A stretch of DNA of 64,000 nucleotides from a virus. Its lineage: Duplodnaviria; Caudoviricetes. Made by a program: the position numbers and the translations under genes. How positions within the stretch are numbered: position 1 is the first letter of the stretch; each line of letters starts with the position of its first letter. Below, one piece after another: positions 36,239 through 46,622 of the stretch. The notes under the pieces are model-generated. The model was not told where the DNA came from and made no database searches. It worked only from the letters and a program-made list of their open reading frames with translations. The DNA lies in the IMG/VR virus record IMGVR_UViG_3300015050_000576, positions 3,308 to 67,307 of that record; one strand, given 5' to 3'.

Positions 36239-38486
36239 TTCTCAGATCCTGATTGTGACGGGGAGAGTGGGGATGAGACGCCCGGATACGCGCAGCCGTT
36301 ATCGCATTCGTGGCCGTCGCAGCCGGGGCAGGGCGCCGCGCGACTTTCGACAGCGGCGAGGATGCGCTTGGCGTGAGCGACCGTATCCCAGCACTCAGTT
36401 CGTCCTGGGCTCGGCGCCAGATTGTTCACGCGCTCGTAATCGTTGATGTTGTCGACCAGCGCTTGAAGGGCGCTAACCAGCACGTCGTGATTATTCACCG
36501 CCTTGACGATGAAGGTAGCGTTCGGCTCGTATGGGTCTTTCCCCGCCGCGCGATACTCATCGAATTGCTCGGACCAAACTCTGCCATCGCGCGCCGTGGC
36601 TGCTAGTCCGCCATCGGCATCCCTGATCCAGCCCCAATCGTCATGCTTTTGCGGGCGATAGGCCCAAGGCGTCGGCGTATGTTCGGTCACAGTTTCTCTC
36701 CTCCGACAACACCGTGCATGAGGGAGGCTCGCGCCTGCCACCAGCGCCATGCCCTGTCTTTGTCCGCTTCTTCTTCCGTGACCCACGGACGAGCGTTCCA
36801 CGCCCGATCAAATTCTTTTTGCTCGTCCAGCGGAGCGGCGAGATATTTCAGCACCTCGTCAAGCGCCTGCCGGCTGACTTGGATCATCACGCCATCCTCG
36901 TCGCACTGCACTTGGTGGCTGGTCAGAGCGTCGATTGCCGCATCGGGGCGCGTCATAGCGTCATCTCCTCTAAATCCTCAAGCGTTACCGCCTGCACCTC
37001 GACTTCGACCACGCATTCCCCGTTGCAGGCCGGACAAATGCCGTTGTCAATTTCATACGGGCCGCCGTCGCTCGTAAGGATGCGGCCTTCGGTCTGGCAA
37101 ACCTCGCAGTTGATGAAACGGGTTTTCATCGGGGTTGCCCCACAGATTTTCCCACAGGAACGATGATGCGAACTTTGACGGCGCGGTCACCTTTGGCCTG
37201 CATCTTGCGCCAAAGCTGGAGTTGCCCTGCGCTCAGTCCTCTTTGCCAAGTCCCGGCGACACCGTACCTGGCTCGGATGTGGTCTGAGATAGCGTCTTTG
37301 CGCGTCAGATATTGCCCGACGTAAAGCCCAACCTCGCCGACGATGGCCCAGCGCGTGTATTCCTTGGTTTTAGCCATGATCGTCTCCCTGTGAGTGTCGC
37401 GACGAGAGCGCGGATGTGAGGCAGGCCCTCGCCATTCTCCGCCATACGTTTTTCATTTCCTCGCCAGGCATTTTCTCCGGCGGTCCATCCCAATGTTTGC
37501 CGTACATGCCGCGGCAACCGTTCTCTACCATCTCGTCGGGGACTTCGATAACGTCTCTTTCCTTGTCTCCGACAAGAACGCTGGACTCCGGCTCGCAATG
37601 GTTCTTGTTGCACCCGACAGGGTGTTTGCGGCCATCCCTTAGAACCATCCACCAACGACCATTACGGCCCTCTCCGGTAATTGTGCCATTGAATGGCGGG
37701 CGCCCGTCGCCCCAATTCACGGTCACGCGGTCGCCCCTCTTAAGTTCGCTCATGTCACTTGCGCTCCTGCAAAAGGATTGGTTGACCGCCGCAATAGGGG
37801 CACTTGTCCGGCCACGGGGCACAGTCACATTGCGTGGGATGCGCCAGAGCGCCTTCAACGAACGCTGTGATTGGCTTGGCGGCTTCGTCCAGCTTGCGCG
37901 GGCTTCGGTAATCGATTTTGGTGCAGCCGAGCGCCGCATAGATTGCAGCCTGGATACGCTCCTGACGATCTGGCGCGACTATAACGAACCCGGATTCTTC
38001 AAGACTGGCCAGCATCCGGTCAACCTCCTGCTGGAAATGCTCGGCGGGCAAGTCGTGGCCATAGTCGCCTAGCATCCACGCTCGCAAGCTGTCGATCATT
38101 ACTTTGCGCGGTGTCATGAATGCTCCTGCGAAGACAGTGAAAGTGATGTCATCGCGTTAATCCGGTTTCTTGCAGAACGGGCTATGCGATCCGGCGCGGC
38201 TTGCCAGCTCGGCGACATCGTTCGCGTATTCCGGGTCATCAGAGGACGCCAGCGCGGCATATCTTGCCAGCGCGGAGTCCGCGTACCTGTCCTTGAGCTT
38301 GATGACAAAGAACTCATTCTCCGACCCAACCTCGCCGTACTCGATGAGGCCGTTCGTCTCCAGGATGCGGAGCGCGTGCGCTATATCTGGGTTATGGCCC
38401 ATAGCGACCCCGCCAATCCGTTCGATCTCGCGGAGATTGACGATGGCGTATTTCCCGCGTCCGTTAATGTTGCGATCAAGTTTCAT
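36235..38486 (-). other. Early-left small ORF array (36235-36690, 36687-36956, 36953-37129, 37126-37377, 37370-37753, 37755-38117, 38157-38486)
   Basis: Mostly stop/start-coupled minus-strand ORFs; HTPTPW motif in the first, a CxxC pair in the third. Confidence 0.6.
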
Positions 38487-39135
38487 TTTCAGATCCTTGA
38501 TGTGTGGAGGAGAGCGAGGGCGCCCGCTCGAACATCACGCCGTTGAAGCGGCCCTTGACGCCGACGAACTCGATGCTGTGGCTGAAGTCGCCGACTTCGC
38601 AGTCATGCACGCGGTACTTTTCGCCGGGCGTGAAGATCTTGAGGGCGGCTTCAAGCTGGTACGGGTATCCGTTCTTTCCGATGAACGTCATCGTGTCACC
38701 CTTCGCGGGCCAACGGGCCGGTTCAGGCTTGGCGGGTAACGGCTCTGCCGATGGCAGTGCAAGTGACGGCGGCGCCGGTAACGGTTGCCAATGGGTGGCT
38801 TGGCCATCAAGCCAGCCGCCCCGCGTCGATCCCGCCCATCCGCTTTTGATTTCCCAGACGCCATCGTAAAGCCACGCCAAAAGAACGGTGGTGTCTTTCG
38901 GCGCAGTCTCGACCAGTTGCCACGCATCGCCAGTCTGCACCCCACATCGAGGACGAGAATTCCAGCAGGCGATGAGTTCGGCCTCGTCACTTACCGCGCC
39001 GGGCAAGAAGGCCATGCACGCCGGGCAGTTGATGCAGCCATAGAGGTGTTCGTTGGACGGCCCGTTCAGGCATATCCGTTTTTCGCCGCAGAAGGGGCAC
39101 GGCAACAGTTCTGAGGCTGTCTTGGGGGTAGTCAT
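38476..39135 (-). CDS. Lar-like restriction-alleviation Zn ribbon fused to a DUF551-like domain
   Basis: LLPCPFCG...CPAC...WNSR; WQLVETAPKD..VLL...THWQPLPAPP. Confidence 0.65.
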   Translation of the reverse strand: MTTPKTASELLPCPFCGEKRICLNGPSNEHLYGCINCPACMAFLPGAVSDEAELIACWNSRPRCGVQTGDAWQLVETAPKDTTVLLAWLYDGVWEIKSGWAGSTRGGWLDGQATHWQPLPAPPSLALPSAEPLPAKPEPARWPAKGDTMTFIGKNGYPYQLEAALKIFTPGEKYRVHDCEVGDFSHSIEFVGVKGRFNGVMFERAPSLSSTHQGSENET

Positions 39136-39319
39136 GGCGTTGGCTCCAATTTCTCTAGCCACTCCACAACGTCAGCAACGGCGCGAACATCATCGGCCCA
39201 GACATTCATTTGTTTATTTTCGCAGAGACGGGCAGCGCGCATCACGGAGAGAACATTCCGTAGTGCTGACGTGAGCGGTTGCCGTTGCGCAGTGCCTGGC
39301 TGGGAGTGGGGGTGCGAGG

Positions 39320-39673
39320 TCATGCCGATTCCTCGGGCTCGTCGGAGCCGGCGGCGTCCTCATCGACGGCAATTTCAATAGCATCGACGATGACCTTGGC
39401 GATGCGGTCAGATGCTCCCAAGAGGAAACGCTCCATCTTGATGGCCGTCTCGAACACATGCTCAAGGTGAAGGGTTTCGATATTCCGGCCCTCCAGCTTG
39501 TATTGCTGGTACAACTGGCCGTCCTTTATCATCCCCATGTCGTGGTATTTCAGGGCCATGTTGAGCGCGAGGGCCGCGATGCCGTGCGCTGGCGCGACTG
39601 GGAAATCGCCAGCGGGGGCGAGCGTCTTCATCTCGTCTGCGAAGTCTTGTTGAAACTCGCCAATATCTGTCAT
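39320..39673 (-). CDS. Hypothetical protein
   Basis: MTDIGEF start after GAGGA; acidic helical ORF. Confidence 0.55.
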   Translation of the reverse strand: MTDIGEFQQDFADEMKTLAPAGDFPVAPAHGIAALALNMALKYHDMGMIKDGQLYQQYKLEGRNIETLHLEHVFETAIKMERFLLGASDRIAKVIVDAIEIAVDEDAAGSDEPEESA

Positions 39674-39697
39674 CTCATCCTCACTGTGGTTGCCCAA

Positions 39698-40060
39698 CTA
39701 GCTATGCGATCGTCGTTCGATGGGGCGGCTGGCGCTACGTTGCGGAGCCGCCTTGCGGAATCCCGCGGATTGCAACCGGCTCGGTTTGCGGATGCCGTGG
39801 TGCTTATCCTGGATGCGTTTCGTTTTCGCGATCAGCGGGATGTCGTGCTTTGCGGTTTTCACGCCATGGCAGGCGTGACAAAGAACCTTGCAGTTCTCCA
39901 GTGTCGGCTCTCCACCCAAGCCGTCCGCGATGTCGTGGTCGAAATGAAACTTCATCCCGAACAGCGCGCCACAGCCTTCGCCCTCGCAGCGCTTGTTGGC
40001 CCGCTTGAGAGCTTCACGCTTGACCGGCTTTGAGAACTCGCGACGGCTCATAACGGCCAT
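39698..40060 (-). CDS. HNH endonuclease (recombination-module type)
   Basis: RCEGEGCG...HFDHDIADGLGGEPTLENCKVLCHACHGVKT. Confidence 0.8.
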   Translation of the reverse strand: MAVMSRREFSKPVKREALKRANKRCEGEGCGALFGMKFHFDHDIADGLGGEPTLENCKVLCHACHGVKTAKHDIPLIAKTKRIQDKHHGIRKPSRLQSAGFRKAAPQRSASRPIERRSHS

Positions 40061-40178
40061 ACTCCATGCTCATTCTGCTCCGCTACCGGGAGCCGTTCAC
40101 CGCCCCTAAGCCACCAACCCAACGCAACGCATCCAAAGGTGTAGAGAGCCCATAGAGCTATTACTGTTTGGGGAATGG

Positions 40179-40502
40179 TCACAGGCGCATCTCCGCTCGT
40201 TTGTTGGCGTTCTCAGAGGACCACTCCTGAAATTTCATCCGGAGATATTCCATCTGGACCTTGAGGCGGTTGGCGGCGCGCCGGGCATTTACGATTGCCT
40301 CGACGTGCCGCCTCCATTCAGGGGAAGCCTTCACAAGCGCTTCCGCACGGTTGACTGCCATATCCCCCAACCCGCAGACACGTTCGGCCATAACTGCGCT
40401 CTTGGTGTCCTCAAGAATGGTCGCGGCAGCGTCGGCATCGACCCATTGCTTGCTGACAATGCGAAACTGTTCGGACCACGGGAGGTTGGGGACTGCGTTC
40501 AT
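40179..40502 (-). CDS. Coiled-coil recombination-module protein
   Basis: W.DAD.AA..LE.TK.......AE....AS.EW..H...A.......K...EY..MK; position. Confidence 0.55.
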   Translation of the reverse strand: MNAVPNLPWSEQFRIVSKQWVDADAAATILEDTKSAVMAERVCGLGDMAVNRAEALVKASPEWRRHVEAIVNARRAANRLKVQMEYLRMKFQEWSSENANKRAEMRL

Positions 40503-40509
40503 TGTCGCC

Positions 40510-40749
40510 TCAATACGGTATGTCGTCGTTCATCGGTTCTGCGGCGGCCGGCGCTTGATCCTCGCGTGGCTTGGGTACGTAGAGAGAAATCCACGCTTGG
40601 CCGTCTGCGTTGGGCATCGGGAGCGCATCCAGGACGATGTTGAATCCTTCCTTGCCGTCTTTCGCCGGGAAGGCCGCGCCAATCTTGGTGTAGCGGATCT
40701 TGCCGTTCTTATCCTTGCGGCTGATCACTGCGTCGTATCGGTCGGTCAT
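40510..40749 (-). CDS. Small SSB-like protein
   Basis: YTKIGAAF..KDG...I.LDALP and acidic C-terminal DDIPY tail. Confidence 0.6.
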   Translation of the reverse strand: MTDRYDAVISRKDKNGKIRYTKIGAAFPAKDGKEGFNIVLDALPMPNADGQAWISLYVPKPREDQAPAAAEPMNDDIPY

Positions 40750-41429
40750 GCTGCTTTCTTTCCTGCGTCACGACGGTTCATGACGGCTTGTTTGAGTGCG
40801 TCTACTTGCGTTTGGTCGAGTTGGTGTTTGCGGCGGGCCTCCTTTTGATCTTCCGACATCCACCAGGCGACGACATCTTCCGGCGCCATTGCTGCGATGG
40901 CTTCGCGGCACTCCACCATGTACTCAACGCGGGCGGTGAAGTCGTCCGGCATGACTGACTGCTTGGCAGGTGCCGCCGGCCTTGCGGGCTTGCTGTCGTC
41001 CACCACGTTTTCCTGCTTCTTGTCGTAGAGCGCCAAGCCGAAGGGATTGCCGAAGGTCATCAAGGCGCGTTTCATGGCGTCTGTTTCCGCCTCCTTGATT
41101 GCGCTTTCGTGTGCGTCGCGGAGATCCCGAACGATGCCGGAGCCGTAGCCGGAGCCATCGCGAACAATGTTCCGGCCCTCAGTTCTGACTGTGATGCGAA
41201 CCCGGCAATGATATGCGACGCGCCAAAGCTGCTTTGCGTCCTGCTCAGGCTCGCCCAACATTTTCATTTCGACGGTTTCGCGGTCCCATCCGTCATGCCC
41301 AAAGATTCGGTTGGCTTCGGCGATTGCGTGCCAGCCCTCAACATAATCGAAGCCCTTCGGATTTTTCTTGACGTTGGCCTTGTTGAGCGGGGCCTGTAGT
41401 GCCGCGATCTGGTGTTCGTCCAACATCAC
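40746..41429 (-). CDS. Rad52/Sak-family single-strand annealing recombinase
   Basis: YVEGWHAI.EANRIFG.DGW...R.G.G.G...HE.AIKEAETDA.KRAL.TFGNPFGLALYDK. Confidence 0.88.
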   Translation of the reverse strand: MMLDEHQIAALQAPLNKANVKKNPKGFDYVEGWHAIAEANRIFGHDGWDRETVEMKMLGEPEQDAKQLWRVAYHCRVRITVRTEGRNIVRDGSGYGSGIVRDLRDAHESAIKEAETDAMKRALMTFGNPFGLALYDKKQENVVDDSKPARPAAPAKQSVMPDDFTARVEYMVECREAIAAMAPEDVVAWWMSEDQKEARRKHQLDQTQVDALKQAVMNRRDAGKKAA

Positions 41430-42208
41430 AGCTTCCTTTCGAATGTTGCGCGAACGCCGGGCGGCAGCTCGCCGTGAATCTTCCGGTAGTCGCGTGCGGA
41501 GCTTAGGATCGCATCGCGTACCTTGTCGTTCGGCCCGATGGCCTTGAGCGCTTGGCTGTAGCTGTCCAGGTGCAGCGTCTCCTCGTTGCGGAGAGATGCA
41601 GAGCGGCCGAACCCGCCGCCGATCTTGACCTTTGTGTCTCGCTCGGCGCGGGCGGCAAAACGTGACTGGCGCTCAAACTCTTCAAACGCGGCGTCGGCCT
41701 GTTGGGTGACTTCGGCCACGTCAACAACCTCGCCGGCCTTGGCATTCTCAAGCGCCTCGGCTTCGCGGGCCTCGGCGTCGCGGGCGGCCTGCTCTGCGGC
41801 TTCCTGAGCGAGGCGGGCAATCTCGGCCTCACGTTCGCGGCGCTGCTCTTCCTTGATCATGAAGGAGGCGACGCGGGCCTTAAGCTCGATCACAATCTTG
41901 TCGAAGAGCCCCGGCTTTTTCTTATCGACGTTATGCAGCGCCTTATATTTGGCGTTGATCGCGTCTACAGTCTCGTTCAGCGGGCGGACCTTGCTGTCGC
42001 GTTCGGCCTCGACTTCCTCAAGTGAGGCCTTGGCGCGATCCAGGAACGGCTTCGCCTCGCGGGCCTGCTCCTCGGTTTCAATTGTCGGATGGTCCGACAG
42101 CCAAGAATTGATGTCGTCGATCACGCTCTGAGCATGGTCAATAGGGCCGGGCGGGTGGTTTGAACCAATGCCGGGCGTGAACTCGATCTGTTGCAATGCT
42201 GTTTGCAT
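41426..42208 (-). CDS. Coiled-coil Gam/Gp157-like recombination protein
   Basis: Long E/A/R coiled coil ending LPPGV; adjacent to the annealase. Confidence 0.5.
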   Translation of the reverse strand: MQTALQQIEFTPGIGSNHPPGPIDHAQSVIDDINSWLSDHPTIETEEQAREAKPFLDRAKASLEEVEAERDSKVRPLNETVDAINAKYKALHNVDKKKPGLFDKIVIELKARVASFMIKEEQRREREAEIARLAQEAAEQAARDAEAREAEALENAKAGEVVDVAEVTQQADAAFEEFERQSRFAARAERDTKVKIGGGFGRSASLRNEETLHLDSYSQALKAIGPNDKVRDAILSSARDYRKIHGELPPGVRATFERKL

Positions 42209-42209
42209 G

Positions 42210-44010
42210 TTATGCGTCCACCGGCTTACTGGCGTATGCCTGCTGGGCCTCAATGATGTTTTGCAGGGCTTCGACCAGAACCGCGCGAGCCGCAGCCAGA
42301 TCGGCTTCCGCCATTGTTTCGAAGTCCGCCTTGCACGGCAGCTTGCGAGCATGACGCGCAGCCATCGCGGCGCCGGACGATATGAAATCCAGGTGAGGCC
42401 GGACCTTCACGCCCCAATCGATCAATTCCATCTTAGACATCGGCCATCTCCCTTTTTACGCCACGCATGTTTCGCTCAAATTCCAGGTCTTTCCTGATTG
42501 CATCGATCCGCTGCATTCGCTCGGCTGGCGGAAGGAACCAGAGGGCCTGCCAGTTGCGGAGGAGTTCATCTGCGAGCTGCTGGTTCGTCATGGCTGCACC
42601 TTGCGCGGCTTAATCGCAGCAGCGACGGCCTCCATCTTCTCGACAACATCGTCTGTGACGAGTTCCGAAAACTCGTTGCGCTCGATGACGCGCTTGGCTT
42701 CGCTAAAGCGCACGTATCGGAGGGCCACTGCGTTTTTCTGAGTAATATCGGCGGCGGTCGTCTCATCCCAAATGCGGAGCGTATCGCTGCATGATCCAGT
42801 CGCCCCAGCCCGCCACCATTTTTCCCAGCCTGACGACGGCGGGTATGGGCGCCATTGCTGCGGTGAACCCTCTAGGGTAAAGTTTCCGCTCTTGAGAACT
42901 TTCGCAACGACGCCGGCCCGGAACCCGATTGGACCCCGCCATCCGCTCTGGACTTGGATGGCCACCTTGGCGCCTGGAACGAATGGGTTACCGGTCATCC
43001 CCGTTACTCCTATTCAGCCGCTTGCAGGCGGCAAGCCTCATGCAGGATTTCGTCGGTCACCCTGAAAACGCTGGCGCCCTCGACACGATCGATAAACGAA
43101 ATGCTTTCCATCGGATATTCGCCGGAGCGGATGCGCGACACGACTTCCCGGCGGGTGATCTCGGGATCAACGATGGCTTCGCGACCGCGCCTGCCGTAAT
43201 CGATCATCACAACGAAATAGTTCATTTCCCTATCCCTTTGGGCTTGTGGATGGATGGATCAGGCGGAAAACTTCGCGAGGGCCTGACGTGCAATGCTGCC
43301 GCCGTCGCGAGTGACATCTTGGATGTAGACCTGATCCGGCTTCGCATGAGGATCGTTGGGGAGCGGATGCTGGTTCGGCCCCTGATAGCGGCGGGGTTCG
43401 GCGTAGAATTCCAGCGCCTTCACTAGCGAGGCAATCTCCGCTGATGACTGACTTCTCGACGGCGAGGCGTCGGCAGTGTTGCGGTTAATCATTCTCATTC
43501 CCCATGTATTTGCTTGCGGTAGATCGGAGGGGTGGGATCAGGCTGGTATTTTGTCGAACGAGATTCCGTGGGAAGCCGCGATTTCTCGCGCTCGCTCTAC
43601 AAGCCACGGCTGATCTTCGCTTTGGTCGCCAAGCAGGGCATCGGCGAGGTTGAACACCCCCTTGCGCCCCGCTCGCTGCGTTAAGCAAACCCCGCCCTTG
43701 ACCAGATCCCACATTCCTTCGTGACGATGGAAAATCTGGAAGCCGCGATATTCTGCCGGTGCCACTCTGCTGGTGTAGAACTCCGGCCCATAGTCGCCGA
43801 ACTCCTTGAACCAAGGATTGCGATAGCTGTAGGTCATGCTGCCACCTGCTGAGACTTGAGGTAGCGGGACCACTTCTTGCCGAGCAGAACGGCCTTGGCG
43901 CGGGAGGGGCAAACGCCGGTCTTGATGACCTCGTAGCTCTGGTACCCGATGCGCGAAATGATGAACTCGTATCCGGCGGCGGTCTTGCGGGTGTTCCAGG
44001 TGATGGTCAT
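42210..44010 (-). other. Promoter-proximal early-left small ORFs (42210-42440, 42588-42998, 43010-43225, 43259-43498, 43538-43837, 43834-44010)
   Basis: Minus-strand ORFs with RBSs downstream of PL. Confidence 0.55.
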
Positions 44011-44035
44011 TTGCTTGCTCCGTTCTGATGAAGCC

Positions 44036-44090
44036 AATGTACGCGAGGCGTACATCAAAGGTCAAGCAAAATCGTACGCAGTGCGTACAA
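44036..44090 (-). promoter_or_regulatory. PL promoter with two repressor operators
   Basis: TTGACC (44065-60)-18 nt-TACATT; palindromes ATGTACGC-GAG-GCGTACAT (44037-55) and GTACGC-AGT-GCGTAC (44074-88). Confidence 0.75.
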
Positions 44091-44142
44091 ATAAATTTCC
44101 TTGGTTTAGGGTCTTGCGAACGTACCGTGAACAAACCACATA

Positions 44143-44180
44143 AGAAAATGCCCGGCTCGATCCGCGACGACCGGCCGGGC
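44143..44180 (-). terminator. Possible terminator downstream of cI
   Basis: Minus strand GCCCGGC...GCCGGGC then ATTTTCTT. Confidence 0.4.
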
Positions 44181-44483
44181 TGATCTGGGTCAGCTTGATG
44201 GACAAACCCCAGACCCGTGGCGCAACCTATATAGGGCTTCACCCCCTATCGCGCAACGTCATTTTGTTCGGCCCGGTACAAAAAAGTACTGTCAGAGCCG
44301 CTGCCAACCAGCGTTCGCACGGCCCGGCGATTCCGGGGACGACGCGCGGGGGATCTTCACCTCAATGAGGGCTTCCGACCCGAGCAAACGCCGACGGGGC
44401 TATGCTCACATCTGGGACTTTTAAGGCAGTGTATTGCGTGCCGGGCGGCTGGCCCCCGATATAGGGCATCCCAGGTATACGCG

Positions 44484-44906
44484 CTATCCGATCTCCCCAG
44501 ACCGCTTGGCTCTCCTGCCGGGAATAGCGGAAGGCGGGCTATTGTCCCCAGCTCTAGCGCCCTCGCTCCACATGCGCAGGAGAGCTGCAGGATCGGGCGG
44601 AACAGGGTCACCGGGTTTGGGTGCCGGCGTCGTGATAAGCGTCGCCACGGGCACGCCTAGGGCCTCTGAGATGCCTTCCATGATGGGTTGGGAGTAGGGC
44701 ATCCGGCCGTTCTCGATCCGGCCGATACTGGCGTAGGTGTAGCCCTTTTCGCTGATCCCGTTCTCGCTCAGATACTCGCCGACGCGCTCCGCAAGTTCCT
44801 CTTGGGACATCTTACGGTATTCGCGCCACTGCTTGATAAACGTCCGCTGGTAGATCGGTCGCAGTCTGGACCCCGGATGGGGCTTTCTGGTGATTCTGGT
44901 AGCCAT
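44484..44906 (-). CDS. cI: CI-like XRE repressor lacking an S24 peptidase domain
   Basis: IKQWREYRKMSQEELAERV...YASIGRIENG.MPYS...EGISEALGV; divergent from cro. Confidence 0.8.
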   Translation of the reverse strand: MATRITRKPHPGSRLRPIYQRTFIKQWREYRKMSQEELAERVGEYLSENGISEKGYTYASIGRIENGRMPYSQPIMEGISEALGVPVATLITTPAPKPGDPVPPDPAALLRMWSEGARAGDNSPPSAIPGRRAKRSGEIG

Positions 44907-45001
44907 GTACGCACCATGCACCGTGGCGGCCGGGGATTGAACGGCGGGTGGCGTACAATTTGGCTTGACTATCACTGTACGCATGGCGTACAACATCCGT
45001 C
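44907..45001. promoter_or_regulatory. PR/PRM region with operators
   Basis: PR: TTGACT (44965-70)-18-TACAAC. Operator TGTACGC-ATG-GCGTACA (44976-92), half-site at 44951, degenerate site at 44907-21. PRM-like TTCAAT-17-CATGGT 6 nt before the cI ATG. Confidence 0.75.
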
Positions 45002-45214
45002 ATGCACCTTTCCGATTACATGACCCTTCATGGCCTTGACGACGACGCTGTGGCGTCCGGCATCAAGCGCGCCCGCGTCACTGTCAGCCGGATCCGGCGC
45101 CGCAAGGTTCGGCCGGACTGGCAGACAATCGAGGAAATCAAGCGCTTTACCAAAGGCGCGTCGACGGCTGATGACTATCAGTCGCTCGAACAACCAGCGG
45201 AGGCCGCTCAGTGA
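45002..45214 (+). CDS. cro: Cro-like HTH protein
   Basis: MHLSDYM..HGL.DDAVA..I..ARVTVSRIRR.KVRP.W..I..I...T.G.....D. Confidence 0.8.
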   Translation: MHLSDYMTLHGLDDDAVASGIKRARVTVSRIRRRKVRPDWQTIEEIKRFTKGASTADDYQSLEQPAEAAQ

Positions 45215-45459
45215 GTGGCCATGACCCCCGCCATCTGTTCGTGATTGAACACGGCGAGGGCCGCGTCCTCCGCGCGTCTGGCTGCGATGATCAGCGATTC
45301 CGCTGGCATGACGACAGTGAATTGCGGGATCAAAGTACCTCCGCGCTCGATGCAACAATAAATTCTGACACAGCCGCCGCCGGCCGCCTCGGTCTTTCCA
45401 ATGGTGGTGTAGAAGAATTCTGGAATGCCAACGCAGTCCAGCATTTCCCGTTCGCTCAT
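45208..45459 (-). CDS. Inverted small gene inside the rightward early operon
   Basis: MSEREMLDCVGIPEFFYTTIG..E.AGGGCVRI.CC.ERGG.LIP..TVVMP; GGGGGA RBS; converges on cro. Confidence 0.55.
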   Translation of the reverse strand: MSEREMLDCVGIPEFFYTTIGKTEAAGGGCVRIYCCIERGGTLIPQFTVVMPAESLIIAARRAEDAALAVFNHEQMAGVMATH

Positions 45460-45601
45460 GATTTCCCCCAGCCTCACAAGGTGAGGGGACATTGTGACAG
45501 TGATTTGGAACCATTCCAGCGAATTCGATTCCGCTCTGCGTCATGTCCGAAAACGAAACACGCGACCGAACATAAGTCGGTAGTTCACCGGAGTGCATCG
45601 C

Positions 45602-45820
45602 ATGGGTGAGTGGCAACCAATCGAGACTGCGCCGCGCGACGGGACGGAAGTTCTGATTTTCGAGGCGCGTCATTCGTTCGGGTATGACTACGCAGTAGGA
45701 AAGTTCGTTCTGCGATGGGACGGCGACACAATTGGCGGATGGAGCAATCGTAACTCGTCGTCTGCTTACAACCATCCCACCCATTGGCAGCCCCTTCCTT
45801 TGCCTCCGGTGCAGCCATGA
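45602..45820 (+). CDS. DUF551-like protein
   Basis: WQPIETAPRDGTEVL...PTHWQPLPLPP. Confidence 0.7.
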   Translation: MGEWQPIETAPRDGTEVLIFEARHSFGYDYAVGKFVLRWDGDTIGGWSNRNSSSAYNHPTHWQPLPLPPVQP

Positions 45821-46037
45821 ATCAAGCACGTTTCAATTCCTCTCCGCTTGCCTCTTCCCCGGCGAGCGCGAGGCCGGCAGCATCCCCAGCCCCCCAACCA
45901 GTGAGTGCTGCCGGCACCTCTTTCCGCATTCTTGCATCTGTCAGGAATGCCAAGGCGTCCCTCATCCTCGCGTTGAGCGAAATTTCTGAGAGCGCCTGCC
46001 AGGTTTCTTCTTCGTCCATTTCCGCAACCCATCATCA

Positions 46038-46610
46038 GTGAGAAGTACGATGGCCACAACATCCGCCAACACGAGCGATTTTCGAAATCTGACCGGGCAC
46101 AATCTGGGGCCACCAACGGCCCAAACCGGGGCCATCAACGAAGCCATCATTCGGATAATCAAAGAGATTTATCCGCAGGACACGATCAAGACGCTGGCCG
46201 GTTGGCTGCGCCTGACATGGAAGACCGCAAAGAACCGAGTGCTTGGTGAGCGCGAGTTTTCACTGGATGAAGTCGGCGAACTTCTCGGCTCCGAACATGG
46301 TTTCAAGGTTCTGACCGCGATCATGGATGCGGCATCGCAGCGCCCCGGCTATCGCGTCCCGGATTGGTGGGCCGTGTGTGAGCCCCTGATGGACCTTGCC
46401 GACGCCGAGCTACTTTGCGCCGCCGTTCGCAAGCGAACCGACAAAGCAATCCGCAAACGTGAGGATGTAGCCGATGCACTGGAGACAGAAATCAGGCGTG
46501 CCCAAGCCCTTGCTATTCACGGTCCGGGACCGGCTCGCGAACATGCTCGCGCGCTTCAGTCATACGCTGGCGCAGAGCGTCGCGTGGTGGTGGCCAAAAC
46601 CAAACGATAA
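46038..46610 (+). CDS. CII-like / phage transcription regulator
   Basis: IKTLAGWLRLTWKTAKNRVLGEREFSLDEV HTH-like segment; position after cro. Confidence 0.45.
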   Translation: MRSTMATTSANTSDFRNLTGHNLGPPTAQTGAINEAIIRIIKEIYPQDTIKTLAGWLRLTWKTAKNRVLGEREFSLDEVGELLGSEHGFKVLTAIMDAASQRPGYRVPDWWAVCEPLMDLADAELLCAAVRKRTDKAIRKREDVADALETEIRRAQALAIHGPGPAREHARALQSYAGAERRVVVAKTKR

Positions 46611-46622
46611 GGGGAAGTGAAC

